From contig JBGASG010000001.1 in NCBI GenBank assembly GCA_044229845.1, positions 448,001 through 512,000 of the forward strand: DNA of 64,000 nucleotides. Reading direction: 5' to 3'. Below the pieces are notes generated by a model. It worked only from the letters and a program-made list of their open reading frames with translations, was not told the DNA's origin and ran no database searches. The stretch is from Candidatus Obscuribacteraceae bacterium (GTDB lineage Bacteria; Cyanobacteriota; Vampirovibrionia; Obscuribacterales; Obscuribacteraceae). Position numbers and translations under genes: made by a program. Shown here in pieces: positions 28,748-39,455 of the stretch; within the stretch, counting starts at the first letter, position 1, and each line of letters begins with the position of its first letter.

Positions 28748-29077
28748 TCAGGCGCTTTCAGCTTCGACAACGTTTCGCATGGTTTGGAGTGCCAGCGAAG
28801 CGCTGCCGCAATATTTGATGAATTGGCGGGCCACGTCGCGGACAGTGTCCGGGTCTTTGAAGTTCGGCAAGAAACCGAACCGAGCCGCCTTGGAGATGGA
28901 AAGCAGGTAGCGGACGAACCTGAGACCTGGATCGGTCATATCTTCGCAGTCAGGTCCACCGGATCCTTCGCAGATTGTGCGCACAATAGAGTGTTCGGCG
29001 AGCGCGGCGAACATGCCATCGGCCGGCGCATCGACGATATTGGGGTTGAAGTTGAGATCGCCTTTATCAAAACCCAT
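28748..29077 (-). CDS. Hypothetical protein
   Basis: 109-aa ORF with GGGAG SD, ending just before the terminator. Confidence 0.65.
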   Translation of the reverse strand: MGFDKGDLNFNPNIVDAPADGMFAALAEHSIVRTICEGSGGPDCEDMTDPGLRFVRYLLSISKAARFGFLPNFKDPDTVRDVARQFIKYCGSASLALQTMRNVVEAESA

Positions 29078-29413
29078 GCTGTGCTCCCAATTCTAAAGAA
29101 ATTGTTGTCGTCATGAGTAGCGTAAGTCACTGGTAAAACACTTGGCAATTAAAGAACGTCTAAGACACGCCCTGACTTCCTCCCGACATGTCGCGGACTA
29201 TATAGAAATTGCGGAATGGTGCGGCTCCAGGGGTGGTATCACGCCATATAAGAACGGCAACAAATCATCATTTCGGTTAACAATTGCTGGCATGTTATAG
29301 GCGTAATTCTCTTTGCAATTGTGAAAACCAAAGATTCAGAAAACGTTTTTTCCGGCATCTGGAGCCAGACCTGACACATGCCAGGCGAGCAATGAATGTA
29401 GAATGTGTGACCT

Positions 29414-30577
29414 ATGAAATGCCTGATCAAAGAAAACCTGACAGTCAACGGACTTTCGCTTAAAGACAACATTCCGGCGCCGAAAGTGGGTTTCGGCGAG
29501 GTGCGCATTCGAGTGCTGGCCACCGCCGTTTGTGGCACGGACAAAAGCATATATACGAGTGAACGCAGCGAAGGCATCCGCCGCGAGATGCAGCGTTACT
29601 TGCCTGCGGACGACCAGTACCGACCGATAATCGTCGGGCACGAGTTCTGCGGTATCGTCGAAGAAGTCGGCGAGGGTGCGGTGCCCGGTCATCTGTCCGA
29701 AATTCCGCGCCACCTGTTGATTGAAAAAGGCGACTATGTGACTGCCGAGATGCATTTGTCGTGCGGGCACTGCACGCTCTGCCGCACCGGCAACGAACAC
29801 ATTTGCACCAGCGTGAAAGTGAAGGGTGTGCACCTGGATGGCTGTTTTGCACAGCACGTGGTGGTGCCCTATAAGAACGTCATTCTTCTGGGCAAAGGTG
29901 GAGACACCTCCGACATCCCGCCGCGCATCGGCGCCATGCTCGATGCTTTCGGCAATGCCGTGCACACCGTGGAAGAAGCTGCGGTCACCGGTAAGTCAGT
30001 TGCTATCCTCGGTGCCGGTCCGCTGGGACTGATGGCGGTTTTTCTCTGCCGCGCTTTCGGTGCCACCCGTATCTATATGACGGAAGCCGCCGACGTCGAG
30101 CGACGCTTCGAGCTTGCTACCGAATTTGGTGCCGACTACTGCATCGACGTCAACAAAGGTTCGGGGCAGTTGTACAAGTCGGTCGAGAAGTTCGAGACGG
30201 GCGCCAACGGTGTCGACGTAGTGCTGGAAATGTCCGGTTCGTTGCCTGCTTATGACGACGCCTTCAAGATTGTCCGCAACGGCGGTCAGGTGATATTGCT
30301 CGGCATCGCGCGCGAGCCGCTCAAGCATTTCGATATCGCCAACGGTGTGATCTGGAAAGGCGTGACGGTAAAAGGCATCTTCGGACGCAAGATGTTCGGC
30401 ACGTGGGAAACCATGTTGCGCCTGATCCGGTCCGACCGGCTCGATCTGAAGAGCAAGCTGGACAAAGTGTTGGCGCCGCGGCTCTACCCGCTCGACGAAT
30501 ACAAGGATGCCTTCGAATCACTGATAGCCGGTCGCGAGATGAAACTGGTTTTCTCTCCCGATGGAGCCAACAACTGA
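29414..30577 (+). CDS. tdh: L-threonine 3-dehydrogenase (Zn-dependent MDR)
   Basis: CGTD, GHE, CGHC..C......C, FGNAVHT and GIFGRKMF.TW motifs; adjacent to kbl. Confidence 0.92.
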   Translation: MKCLIKENLTVNGLSLKDNIPAPKVGFGEVRIRVLATAVCGTDKSIYTSERSEGIRREMQRYLPADDQYRPIIVGHEFCGIVEEVGEGAVPGHLSEIPRHLLIEKGDYVTAEMHLSCGHCTLCRTGNEHICTSVKVKGVHLDGCFAQHVVVPYKNVILLGKGGDTSDIPPRIGAMLDAFGNAVHTVEEAAVTGKSVAILGAGPLGLMAVFLCRAFGATRIYMTEAADVERRFELATEFGADYCIDVNKGSGQLYKSVEKFETGANGVDVVLEMSGSLPAYDDAFKIVRNGGQVILLGIAREPLKHFDIANGVIWKGVTVKGIFGRKMFGTWETMLRLIRSDRLDLKSKLDKVLAPRLYPLDEYKDAFESLIAGREMKLVFSPDGANN

Positions 30578-30624
30578 TCGCCGGGTGGCTTTCTTAAATA
30601 GAACGACAATCTAAGGAGTAGGAC

Positions 30625-31875
30625 ATGGTGGCTTCGACTAAAGAACACTTGAGCAAACTGTACTCCGACCTCGATCGCGAGTTGGAAAAGGCGAAGCAGG
30701 AGAAGACCTACAAGTACGAAGTGCCCGTCGAAGGCGAGCAGGGCGGAGTCGTGAAGGTCGCCGGCAAAGACTGTGTCATGCTGGCGTCCAACAATTATCT
30801 CGGTCTGGCCAATCACCCGAAAGTGCGCGAAGGTGCTCGCAAGGCGCTTGATACCTGGGGCTACGGCATGGCGTCTGTACGTTTCATTTGCGGAACGCAG
30901 CCTTTGCACCGCACCCTGGAAGAGAAGATCGCTGAGTTTCTTGGCACCGAAGATGCCATTTTGCACTCTTCATGCTTCGCAGCCAATGAGGCTTTCTTCA
31001 CAGCCATGGTGGCCAGCGACCTTGGCTATACCGACTACCGTGATTGCATCTACAGCGATCAACTCAACCACGCCAGCATCATCGACGGTATCAGACTGGC
31101 GCGCATCGCCGTGAAAACGACCGACTTCAACGGTTACAAACACAACGCTCTGGACGAGCTGAAGCAGCACCTCAAAGAAAATGCCTCCAAGAACCATCGC
31201 GTGAAAATCATCGCCACCGACGGTGTGTTCAGCATGGAGGGCGACATGGCCAGGTTGCCAGAATTGATTGAAATCGCCAATGAGCATGATGCGTTGCTCT
31301 TCGTGGACGAATCGCATGCGACCGGCGCGCTGGGCGCCACTGGACGCGGAACGCCCGAGCAGCAAGGTGTGCACGGCAAAATCGATGTTATCTCCGGAAC
31401 GCTGGGCAAAGCGCTGGGCGGCGCCTCCGGCGGTTTCATCGCCGCCAAGAAATCAGTCGTCGACTTCCTGCGTCAGAAATCGCGCCCTTATACTTTCTCA
31501 AATACGGTGCCGCCAGCGATCGTCGGCGGTTCGATTGCCGCGCTGGAACTTTTGCAAAGCGATCCGTCGCTCTGCGAACGACTGCACGAGAACACCGCTT
31601 ATTTCCGCAAAGAGATCGTGCGCATCGGTTTCACGATTTTGGAAGGGGTGCACCCGATTGTGCCTGTCATGCTGGGCGAAGCTTCGACAGCTATGGACAT
31701 GAGTTCTGAATTGCTGGAGCTGGGCGTGTATGTGCGCGGGCTCTGGTATCCGGTAGTGCCGAAAGGCGAAGCGCGCTTGCGTGTGCAGATCTCTGCGGCG
31801 CATACGCGCGAAGACCTGGACAAGAGTTTGCAAGCCTTCGAGAAGGCCGGCAAAAAGCTGGGAGTGCTCAATTAA
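30625..31875 (+). CDS. kbl: Glycine C-acetyltransferase (2-amino-3-ketobutyrate CoA ligase)
   Basis: [39 protein letters not shown] and RQKSRPY.FSN motifs. Confidence 0.95.
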   Translation: MVASTKEHLSKLYSDLDRELEKAKQEKTYKYEVPVEGEQGGVVKVAGKDCVMLASNNYLGLANHPKVREGARKALDTWGYGMASVRFICGTQPLHRTLEEKIAEFLGTEDAILHSSCFAANEAFFTAMVASDLGYTDYRDCIYSDQLNHASIIDGIRLARIAVKTTDFNGYKHNALDELKQHLKENASKNHRVKIIATDGVFSMEGDMARLPELIEIANEHDALLFVDESHATGALGATGRGTPEQQGVHGKIDVISGTLGKALGGASGGFIAAKKSVVDFLRQKSRPYTFSNTVPPAIVGGSIAALELLQSDPSLCERLHENTAYFRKEIVRIGFTILEGVHPIVPVMLGEASTAMDMSSELLELGVYVRGLWYPVVPKGEARLRVQISAAHTREDLDKSLQAFEKAGKKLGVLN

Positions 31876-31923
31876 AACTTAGTCGAGCTGGTTCGCGCTG
31901 CGTCGATTTGAGGAGGTTGGTAA

Positions 31924-32289
31924 ATGGCGGTGACAAAAGTTGGCGCTGTGATCTGGACCTCGGAGTGCGTCGACGAAATGCTGGACTTCTATCGAGCACT
32001 GGGCATACCGCTGGAGACCGACACCCACGAGGAAGAGGGCGGTCCGACCCACTTCGAGGCAGACGTGGCGGGCGTGCACTTCGCCTTGTTTCCATCTAAA
32101 GCTCAGTCTGCGACAGCGACAACCGGCGCGACCATGGTGGGCCTTGAGGTGGACAATCTGGATGAGATCGTACGCGCTCTCGAGTCGCGAGGCGTTCGAT
32201 TTAAGACGACACTGCAAGAAACGCCATGGGGTAAGCGCGTGGTGGTGTTCGATCCCGATGGACGCGCCGTCGAAATCTACCAGCCATAG
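31924..32289 (+). CDS. VOC/glyoxalase family protein
   Basis: FY..LG, V.NLD and PWG....DPDG..VEI motifs. Confidence 0.88.
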   Translation: MAVTKVGAVIWTSECVDEMLDFYRALGIPLETDTHEEEGGPTHFEADVAGVHFALFPSKAQSATATTGATMVGLEVDNLDEIVRALESRGVRFKTTLQETPWGKRVVVFDPDGRAVEIYQP

Positions 32290-33524
32290 GCGGTCTTCAC
32301 GCCGAAGACTTCATTTACCGTTTGCTCGCCGCTCATTTCAGAGACGAATGATTCTGAGCACGCGAGCAAGACCGGATTGCGCGTCAGGATGGCAATTTGA
32401 TAGTTTTCCAGTGCCAGGTGACTTTCTTCGTTGAGCACCTTCCACCGGCTTTCGAATCTTTTGTCGAGGTAGAGTTCCTTCAGTAATTTGCAAGACTCAG
32501 GACCGCCAGTCGCCATGACATAGGCGAGCAGGGCGCCTTTGGCAGCCGGTCCGATGAAACTGGGAGTTAGTGCTGCGGTAGCCAGAGTCGTCTGAATCAC
32601 CTGCGAAGACATGCGTGTAAATTTGCTCTTGTGTCCATACTTATGGAGATGTTTGGTGATCTGATGGAGCACTTCATCGTTATCGAGTGCCGCCTCCAGT
32701 ACCAGTTTGCGTTTGATCTGCCGCAGCTGTACGTCCCAGGCTCCCTGTGCGTAAACAGATTCAGGGACGACAATCTCTTTGCTCCAGGCAGCGAGAGTTT
32801 CTTTTGTGCGAGTTGCTTCCTGTTCGCCGACCAGCGATTTCAGTGACTGGAAGCCAGAGTCGACAGTCGCGGCGCCTTTTTCCGGGTCGCTCATCCCGAG
32901 TCCCATCGCCATTTGCATGACGCTTGATACGACCTTGATGTGTGTTTCGTCGACATGCTTTTGACGCGCGTACTCGGCTGCGGCGCGGCTCTTGACGCTG
33001 ATCTTCTCGCCGGTCACCAGATTGGCGGCTTCGATAGAGGGACCGAAGCCGCGATAGGGAACTATATAATCCGCTGCATCTTTAGTTTGTGCCAGAGCGC
33101 GCTGCGACGCTTTTCGGTAGTGGAATACGGCTTTATCCAGCTGCTTCGCTTGGTCATCGTTGTCCAGAGCTGTCTCCAGCAGTCGCTCCACGGTGCGGGA
33201 GACCGGATTGCCACCATCGCTAGTATTGATGCTGGCGTCCAGTCGCGCTGGCTTCTGTGGATTGAGGAGCACCGGCGCAGTGCTCCTCAAAGTCTTGTTC
33301 AATGTGCTGCTGTCCAACGGCCCCGAGAACGGCAGGGACCAGCTCATAGAAGCCGGTGGCTCCGCAGGTTCTGCGATTTTTGCATTGATGGGAGTTTGGA
33401 ATCCGATCAATACAGGATTCAATGAAGAAAGTTCCTCTTGCGCTCCGGCACCGGATACGGTGCCAGGCAGCAGCAGAGCGACGCAGGCGCCGGCGGACAA
33501 TAAACGTGTGGTTGACTGGTTCAC
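32277..33524 (-). CDS. Hypothetical secreted helical protein
   Basis: 415-aa ORF with an N-terminal signal peptide; no family recognised. Confidence 0.8.
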   Translation of the reverse strand: MNQSTTRLLSAGACVALLLPGTVSGAGAQEELSSLNPVLIGFQTPINAKIAEPAEPPASMSWSLPFSGPLDSSTLNKTLRSTAPVLLNPQKPARLDASINTSDGGNPVSRTVERLLETALDNDDQAKQLDKAVFHYRKASQRALAQTKDAADYIVPYRGFGPSIEAANLVTGEKISVKSRAAAEYARQKHVDETHIKVVSSVMQMAMGLGMSDPEKGAATVDSGFQSLKSLVGEQEATRTKETLAAWSKEIVVPESVYAQGAWDVQLRQIKRKLVLEAALDNDEVLHQITKHLHKYGHKSKFTRMSSQVIQTTLATAALTPSFIGPAAKGALLAYVMATGGPESCKLLKELYLDKRFESRWKVLNEESHLALENYQIAILTRNPVLLACSESFVSEMSGEQTVNEVFGVKTAYGW

Positions 33525-33936
33525 AGGAGGTTTCCGGGTTGTGCGAGCGGGTTTTGAGGTTCTCTTTGCATGTGCAGCTAAAGAGCAACTGCCGTCTCGT
33601 TTGAGTTATTGAGAACCGGTCTACCGTATCAGATTCCAAGCGAGTGAACTTTGAAGATGACCGCTTTAGAACTTAACTGATTCTATTGTCAAGATGGTTA
33701 ACAACCTCCTTCCTGAGACTGCAATGCCTGCACCGGTTAGTAATTAGGGGCGGCCTTGCAGCCGCCCCACCCGCGCAAAGATTAGCTTTCTTTACTCCCG
33801 CCGCCGCCGCGCCAGGGAAGTGAATTACGGGGCTGTGCACAACTATGCCATTGGCAGCAGTCCTGGTCAGTACGTTGTTGTGCACTCTTGCGAGCGCCAG
33901 TACGCGATCTTCCGAATGAAGCTAATGGCGATTTAT

Positions 33937-33955
33937 CCGGCACTATATATGGTGC
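33937..33955. promoter_or_regulatory. Palindrome CCGGCACTATATATGGTGC, NrdR-box-like, copy 2
   Basis: Identical to 7911-7929. Confidence 0.4.
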
Positions 33956-33964
33956 TGAGCGCAG

Positions 33965-34927
33965 CTACCTGACGATGGTCGCCGTCCAGTCGCCGCCGTA
34001 TTCGGTTTCGCCTTTCATCACCGGCCCGGCGGAACTATTCGTCACCTTGCCCTGAAATCTGAATTCGCGCGTCGCCGCAGCGCCCGTGCCTTTGAAGTAT
34101 TTGCGAACCAGCGTGATTTTTGGATACGCGTACCAGCCCTTCTCGATCGTGAATTTCTCATTTGTATTCACGTCGATACCATGTCCGGTGACTCGATTGT
34201 TGTCCTGTTCGAGCCACATCTTCATCTTCACTTTTTTGAACTTGAACTCGTACTCGCCGTCGTAGCGTCCGCTTAAATGAGGCGCTTTGCCGTCTGGCGG
34301 ACCTGCATCTTGAGGGGGATTTTCTTCGCGCGGGTTGCCGATCACGCCGGTCAGCGGCTGTTGCGCGGGCGGCGGCGCTGCTGATGACTTGGGAGGCGGC
34401 ATGGCGCCCGGATCAGCCGGGGTAGCCACCCAGTCACCGGAGACAACTTTGCCGTCCGGACCCTGCGTCTGATAAGTCCCTTCTATCATCCAGCCGGTGT
34501 ACTGGGGGTCTTGCAGCCACTTGAGTTCTCCGTCGTAAACAATCGGAGGACGGTCTGCCGAATACTGTTTTGAGAATCGAACGTGGGTGCCCTGCACTGT
34601 CCCTTCAGAAACTGCCCAGGGCGGCCCATTTTCGTCCTGTCCCTGTCCGGCCAGCTGGTCGCCTTGCTGGGCCAGCTCCATGTCGGCCGAGAGTTCTTGC
34701 TCGCCAAATTTGAACGACAGCTTCCAGACTCCCTGGATCTGCGGTGGTGCGCCGCCGGCTTGCTGTTGTGGAACGCCCCCGCCTGTGGTTGTGTTTCCGG
34801 CGCCGGCGGTTTGAGGGCCGCCGGTGCCACCATTTTTGCCCCCAAGACTGATCTTGGTGCAACCTGTAATCAGCGTCACGGCGCTGATTACCACGATGGC
34901 AAGAATTGGGCGACAGTAACGAGTCAT
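33965..34927 (-). CDS. Lipoprotein with two repeated beta-strand-rich domains joined by a Pro-rich linker
   Basis: ITGC lipobox. Repeats G.W..F...M.L.Q.G....G.G.D...F.K.Y occur twice. Start moved to ATG 34927. Confidence 0.8.
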   Translation of the reverse strand: MTRYCRPILAIVVISAVTLITGCTKISLGGKNGGTGGPQTAGAGNTTTGGGVPQQQAGGAPPQIQGVWKLSFKFGEQELSADMELAQQGDQLAGQGQDENGPPWAVSEGTVQGTHVRFSKQYSADRPPIVYDGELKWLQDPQYTGWMIEGTYQTQGPDGKVVSGDWVATPADPGAMPPPKSSAAPPPAQQPLTGVIGNPREENPPQDAGPPDGKAPHLSGRYDGEYEFKFKKVKMKMWLEQDNNRVTGHGIDVNTNEKFTIEKGWYAYPKITLVRKYFKGTGAAATREFRFQGKVTNSSAGPVMKGETEYGGDWTATIVR

Positions 34928-35055
34928 GGTGTCACAAAATGGAGACGCACCACGACCCATGCTATCAGATTTAGTTGTGCCTTGGTATAGCTTTGCTAGA
35001 CTTACTAGGACAGACAGAGGCAGGGCGGTAAGGTAGGTACATCGTGGCCATTCCA

Positions 35056-35244
35056 ATGAACACGCAGGTCAGTGTTCTTCTTTTGAGCGGCGAAATTGTC
35101 GAGGGCGAAGTGGCGCAGGTCGATCAGGCCACTTACCTGTGTTTACGTCAACAGAAAGAAACTTTGTACGTACCTTGGACTGCCATCAAATGCGTGAAAG
35201 GTCCGGCTCTTCCTGAGCGCGGACTGCCAGGCGCTCTGCGCTAA
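35056..35244 (+). CDS. Small Sm-fold protein, cyanobacterial Hfq-like
   Basis: VSVLLLSGEIVEGEVAQVD (Sm1-like) and LYVPWTAIKCV (Sm2-like). Confidence 0.6.
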   Translation: MNTQVSVLLLSGEIVEGEVAQVDQATYLCLRQQKETLYVPWTAIKCVKGPALPERGLPGALR

Positions 35245-35257
35245 CTATTCCAACGCT

Positions 35258-35680
35258 CTATTCCATCGGCTCGACGCCGTTGATTGCCAGCCATCGCCGG
35301 ACGCGGCTGCGGGCCGCTTCGCCGCGAAATTTGTCCCATCGCGCCAGCTCCTCGGGGTGGTTCTTAAATACCGCCCGGGCTGCGAAAAGTTTTTCACGCT
35401 GTTCCAGAGCTACAACTAACGCACCTTTGATGATTTCATCCTGCACGGTATTAACGAAGTCGCTCAAATCAAGCTCCGTGTGTTTAAGTTCTTGCTTCGG
35501 AATGAAGAGATAACGGCTTGGCTCCAGCTCAATCTCGGTTCGCATTTCTTCGACGTCTTCCAGGTCGTCTTGAATCAGAATGATGCTGCCGGTGTCTTTG
35601 TCCAGGTAGTAAATCGCCTGTTGGTTGTCATCCTGCCAGCAGAAAGTCAGGTAGTTCATGTCGACGAATATTCTTTCCAT
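35258..35680 (-). CDS. UPF0158 family protein
   Basis: YYLDKDTG.I, RYL.IP, DFV..V.D and W..F..........WL motifs. Confidence 0.8.
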   Translation of the reverse strand: MERIFVDMNYLTFCWQDDNQQAIYYLDKDTGSIILIQDDLEDVEEMRTEIELEPSRYLFIPKQELKHTELDLSDFVNTVQDEIIKGALVVALEQREKLFAARAVFKNHPEELARWDKFRGEAARSRVRRWLAINGVEPME

Positions 35681-35689
35681 CGGTGTTCC

Positions 35690-38149
35690 TTAGCGAGAGA
35701 TGTTCAAACAGAGATCGTCCGAGAAAAATCCGATGAAGTCGTGTTTGGAATTCATCGCGATGGCGCGCACGTACACCAGTCCCGGTGCCGGTATATCACC
35801 GATGGGCAGGTCGAACCGCCCCTGCGCACCATCGACCGGAAAGCACTTCCATGTCACACCAGACAGGCTGCTGGAATTGGCTGTGCCAAACGGCCGGTCG
35901 GGCAGAGAAACTTCGAATGTCACCCCGGAGGCATCATGAACAGTGGAGGCATCGTAGGTCAAAGTAACCTTGCCCTTGCTCAGAGGAACCGCACAGAGAC
36001 CCAACTCCGGTGAAGTTGGAAACTTGTAAAAGCCGTTGGCGAAGCGAGTCGCTTCGTTGTCCGGCGGTACGAAACTCAACTTGGGCAAAAGACCGTGACC
36101 GTCGATCACCCCCATCTCCTTGATCGCCACCGTCGAACCAGGTGGAAAGCCGAAGGTCAGCTTCAACAGGGGTCCGTTTGTTGTCCAGCCGATGGTGCGC
36201 AGCGGTATGTAATAACGATGGAAGTCAGTCGACTGGGCATCTACTTTGACAGCCAGTTTCCGCAGGCGAGCATCGTAAAAATCCATTTCATGGGTCTGCC
36301 AGTAGAAATCGATGTTAGCCGGTTCGCCCGGCGTGAGATTGGTAATGCGGGCGTCCAAATACATGAAGTCGCCCTCTAACGGGCTGAGCCCCATGCCGTT
36401 CAGGTTCAAAATCGGTCCAGCCGGCGGCTGGCTGCGCAGCGTTATCGTGCCTTCGGTTTCATCGAGTTTTGCCAGCGGGTTGTGCAGAATGTTCGGCATG
36501 GCGAGATTGCCCAGGTCGACCGCGTTGCGCGCCTGTCCCCAGGCATTCTTGCTGTCCGACAAATCAACTCCGAATACCTTGCGCAGAGCGGCTTGCCAGC
36601 GCCCGGAGGCATTGGCGAACTGACCCTGCCTGTAGGCGTCTTTGAGCCGCCCGCCCGGAACCGCCGGCGAGGACATCAGCATTGTGGCGCCGTCAAAAAG
36701 TGCCACTCCCGAGGTGTTGTAGATCGGTGAAAGCGCGACTGGAGACGGCATGGTGGTAATCACCACATATGGTGCCGATGCGGTGGCGGATAGCTGCTTA
36801 CCGTCCTTCTGTAGTTGGGATACGTCGCGAGCGGCCGACCGCAAGTAATCTTGTTCTTTGAAGACCAGGCGGCAATAAGTGGAAAGCAGCAGCAGGGTTG
36901 CCACCGCGATCAGCGCCTGGTCGACCCAGCCGACAGGCACAGACACGGGGCCCACCATCAATGATTTTTTGCCGGCGAAGCAGATTGTGGCCAGTGAACT
37001 GAAGCCGCTCAAACAAAGGGCCAGCATCAGCGCAAGCGGAGCTGCGCAGGCGTAGAATGCTGCATCTCCGAAGATGCTTTTGTTATCCGGCAGATGCCCG
37101 AGCGCCGGGACCCAGCTGCACAGAAGCCAGAGCATGCTGAACAGGAGAAGCGTCAACAGGCGGCTGCGGCGGATGAGCAGGACGAGCGCCCCAAGCGCCG
37201 CGGGCGCTGTGAAGACGATTATCCACAAATATCTTTTGGCGCCGCCGGTTAAAAAGAGCTGTTCGTTGACCGGCATCAATGTCTTTTTCCAGGCTACGCA
37301 AAGCGCTGCCAGAGATGGTTCCGGGCTTCTGCCCAGGGCCACCATCGCTTCCACCAGCCCGGTGCCCGCGAAATAGGCAGCGGTCAAAATCAAAATCAAG
37401 AGCGGCCCCATCAGGGCGGTGGTCAGGTCTTGTCCGGAGACGCGAGCTTTCTTGCTGCCGGCAAGTTCGCTCTGCACCGGCACGGCTAAAAGCTCGCACA
37501 AGCTGATCACCAGGGCGCCATGCCAGGCATTGGCAGACGACAATAGCGCGCCAAGATAGAGAACCACGGACGCGGCAAGAAACGGCCAGCGTGTGCCATC
37601 GCGTCCAATCAGATAAGTGACCAGGCAGGCGAGCAGGCAAAATGTTGACGTCAGTGCTCCGGCTCCGCCCAGCCACAGCACAGCTTGCCAGGCTAATGGT
37701 GAAGCGAGGAAAATCGATGCTGTCACCAGTGATAGTGCAGTCTGTCTGGTCAACCTGATTGCTATCACCCCCAGACAGCAGGCTGACGCTGTGTGCACCA
37801 GCAAGCAGTGAAACCGCATCAGAAACAGCTGCCCGAAGGCGAAGAAATGGCTCACCTCCAAATAAAGATTGCCGACAACGCCGGTGAGGTCGGCGGGATT
37901 CAGCCCCGACCACGTGATAAATTTCTGAAACGATCCCGGCTCCGTCTGGTCTTTCAGCCAGGCGAGCAGATATTGTTCGTCGAGGAGCGGCGAATTAAAG
38001 ACTGCCCGTCCATAAATCACCAAGGACGCCAGCACCATGATGATCAAGGGCCATAATTGCCGCAGCCTGGCGGCGACGAATAACGCACCACTGGTGGTGG
38101 CATGATCGGTGGTCTGGGCAATTTCCTGGTTGCTGTTGATGGCACTCAC
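35690..38149 (-). CDS. Multi-TM GT-C-like (PMT-related) membrane protein with a large C-terminal soluble domain
   Basis: LDE motif after TM1; many hydrophobic helices; H...F...P...AV.W pattern. Confidence 0.7.
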   Translation of the reverse strand: MSAINSNQEIAQTTDHATTSGALFVAARLRQLWPLIIMVLASLVIYGRAVFNSPLLDEQYLLAWLKDQTEPGSFQKFITWSGLNPADLTGVVGNLYLEVSHFFAFGQLFLMRFHCLLVHTASACCLGVIAIRLTRQTALSLVTASIFLASPLAWQAVLWLGGAGALTSTFCLLACLVTYLIGRDGTRWPFLAASVVLYLGALLSSANAWHGALVISLCELLAVPVQSELAGSKKARVSGQDLTTALMGPLLILILTAAYFAGTGLVEAMVALGRSPEPSLAALCVAWKKTLMPVNEQLFLTGGAKRYLWIIVFTAPAALGALVLLIRRSRLLTLLLFSMLWLLCSWVPALGHLPDNKSIFGDAAFYACAAPLALMLALCLSGFSSLATICFAGKKSLMVGPVSVPVGWVDQALIAVATLLLLSTYCRLVFKEQDYLRSAARDVSQLQKDGKQLSATASAPYVVITTMPSPVALSPIYNTSGVALFDGATMLMSSPAVPGGRLKDAYRQGQFANASGRWQAALRKVFGVDLSDSKNAWGQARNAVDLGNLAMPNILHNPLAKLDETEGTITLRSQPPAGPILNLNGMGLSPLEGDFMYLDARITNLTPGEPANIDFYWQTHEMDFYDARLRKLAVKVDAQSTDFHRYYIPLRTIGWTTNGPLLKLTFGFPPGSTVAIKEMGVIDGHGLLPKLSFVPPDNEATRFANGFYKFPTSPELGLCAVPLSKGKVTLTYDASTVHDASGVTFEVSLPDRPFGTANSSSLSGVTWKCFPVDGAQGRFDLPIGDIPAPGLVYVRAIAMNSKHDFIGFFSDDLCLNISR

Positions 38150-38221
38150 CGCTGAAAAAGAAAGCTTACAAAAAACGGCAAAAGTGGCGTGCGGTCCTGT
38201 CAGGACGGTACATTATAAGAG

Positions 38222-39448
38222 ATGGCGACAGCGTACCAGAGAATCGTTCACATCCCGCCAGGCATCCGATTTGGCTGCTCAGGTTGCGGCAACTGTTGCC
38301 ACATGTGGCCGGTGCCCCTGACTGCGGAAGACTCGAAGCGTCTGCAGGATGTGATTGTCAGCGAGAGTTTCGGTTTTCAAGAATCGCCATCTTTGCGAGC
38401 CTTCAATTCTCAGGATGAACGCCACGCTGCCTTTACGCACACGCTCGAAAAGCGCGCCGACGGTAAGTGTCAGTTTCTCACAGAGGGCAATCGCTGTCGT
38501 TTGCATGAAGCGGCCGGTGCGCAGGCAAAGCCGTCGATGTGTCAGCTGTTTCCTTATACGTTCACCCAGACGCCGGGTGGCGTGTATTCCTCGCTCAGTT
38601 TTGCCAGCACCGGGGTTCTGTACAATTCGGGCGATTTACTCTCCGAGCAGCGTCAGACCATTGAAGATATGTGGCTTCTATACAGCCGCCTTTTCGGCGA
38701 GATTCGTCCCGACTGGGACAACCTGCAATTAATCGACGCAGTGCCTCTCAAGTGGACGGCTTTCGCTGAGCTGGAGAACGAGATGCTGCGTATCGTAGAG
38801 ACTCCAGCTGAGGTCGGGGCGGGCAGTCTGCCAGTGGAGCAGCGGCTGCTTCGCTGCAGCGCTCATCTGATCAAACATCTGCCCGGCGGTGTCACGGCTG
38901 AGCGCACGCCGCCGCTGGAAGCCAGACCAAAGATAATCGATCAGTTGTTGCTACAGGCGCTGAATGTTCTCTACTTGCCGGACGATGTTTTTGCATCCAA
39001 TCAAACAGCGTTTAACGCCCGCCAGTTGCTGGAGTCTATTGTTGCCGCACCAGATATGGTGACGATCGCGCACGCCGGAAAAGAGCGGCGCTTTCAGGAT
39101 GCGTTCGGTCAGCAGCTGACAGATGTGTCGCCGGAGGTAGAGGCGCTGCTGCATCGATTTGTTTATTGTCGCCTCTTTTCCAAACAATACTTCGGACCGA
39201 CTATGGGTTATCTGAGCCTGCTGGCCGGGCTGCATCACCTTTTGGTGTTGATGGTACTTTTGAAAGTGCGCCTCAAGTTGCAACTGGCAGCCGGAGAGGC
39301 AGTGACATTCGACTATGCTGCCGAACTCTTGCGCACCGCCGAACGTCGATTGACGCAGTTGAGTTTTCCGCGCGAGTCAGCGGCTGTCCTGGAAGTTATG
39401 TTGACCAGTCCTTCGCGGGTGGAGCGGCTGGTCGGACTTTTGAGGTGA
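38222..39448 (+). CDS. YkgJ/FliB-like cysteine-cluster protein
   Basis: F.CSGCGNCC, C.FL....C.LH and KP.MC..FP motifs. Confidence 0.85.
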   Translation: MATAYQRIVHIPPGIRFGCSGCGNCCHMWPVPLTAEDSKRLQDVIVSESFGFQESPSLRAFNSQDERHAAFTHTLEKRADGKCQFLTEGNRCRLHEAAGAQAKPSMCQLFPYTFTQTPGGVYSSLSFASTGVLYNSGDLLSEQRQTIEDMWLLYSRLFGEIRPDWDNLQLIDAVPLKWTAFAELENEMLRIVETPAEVGAGSLPVEQRLLRCSAHLIKHLPGGVTAERTPPLEARPKIIDQLLLQALNVLYLPDDVFASNQTAFNARQLLESIVAAPDMVTIAHAGKERRFQDAFGQQLTDVSPEVEALLHRFVYCRLFSKQYFGPTMGYLSLLAGLHHLLVLMVLLKVRLKLQLAAGEAVTFDYAAELLRTAERRLTQLSFPRESAAVLEVMLTSPSRVERLVGLLR

Positions 39449-39455
39449 CGCACGC

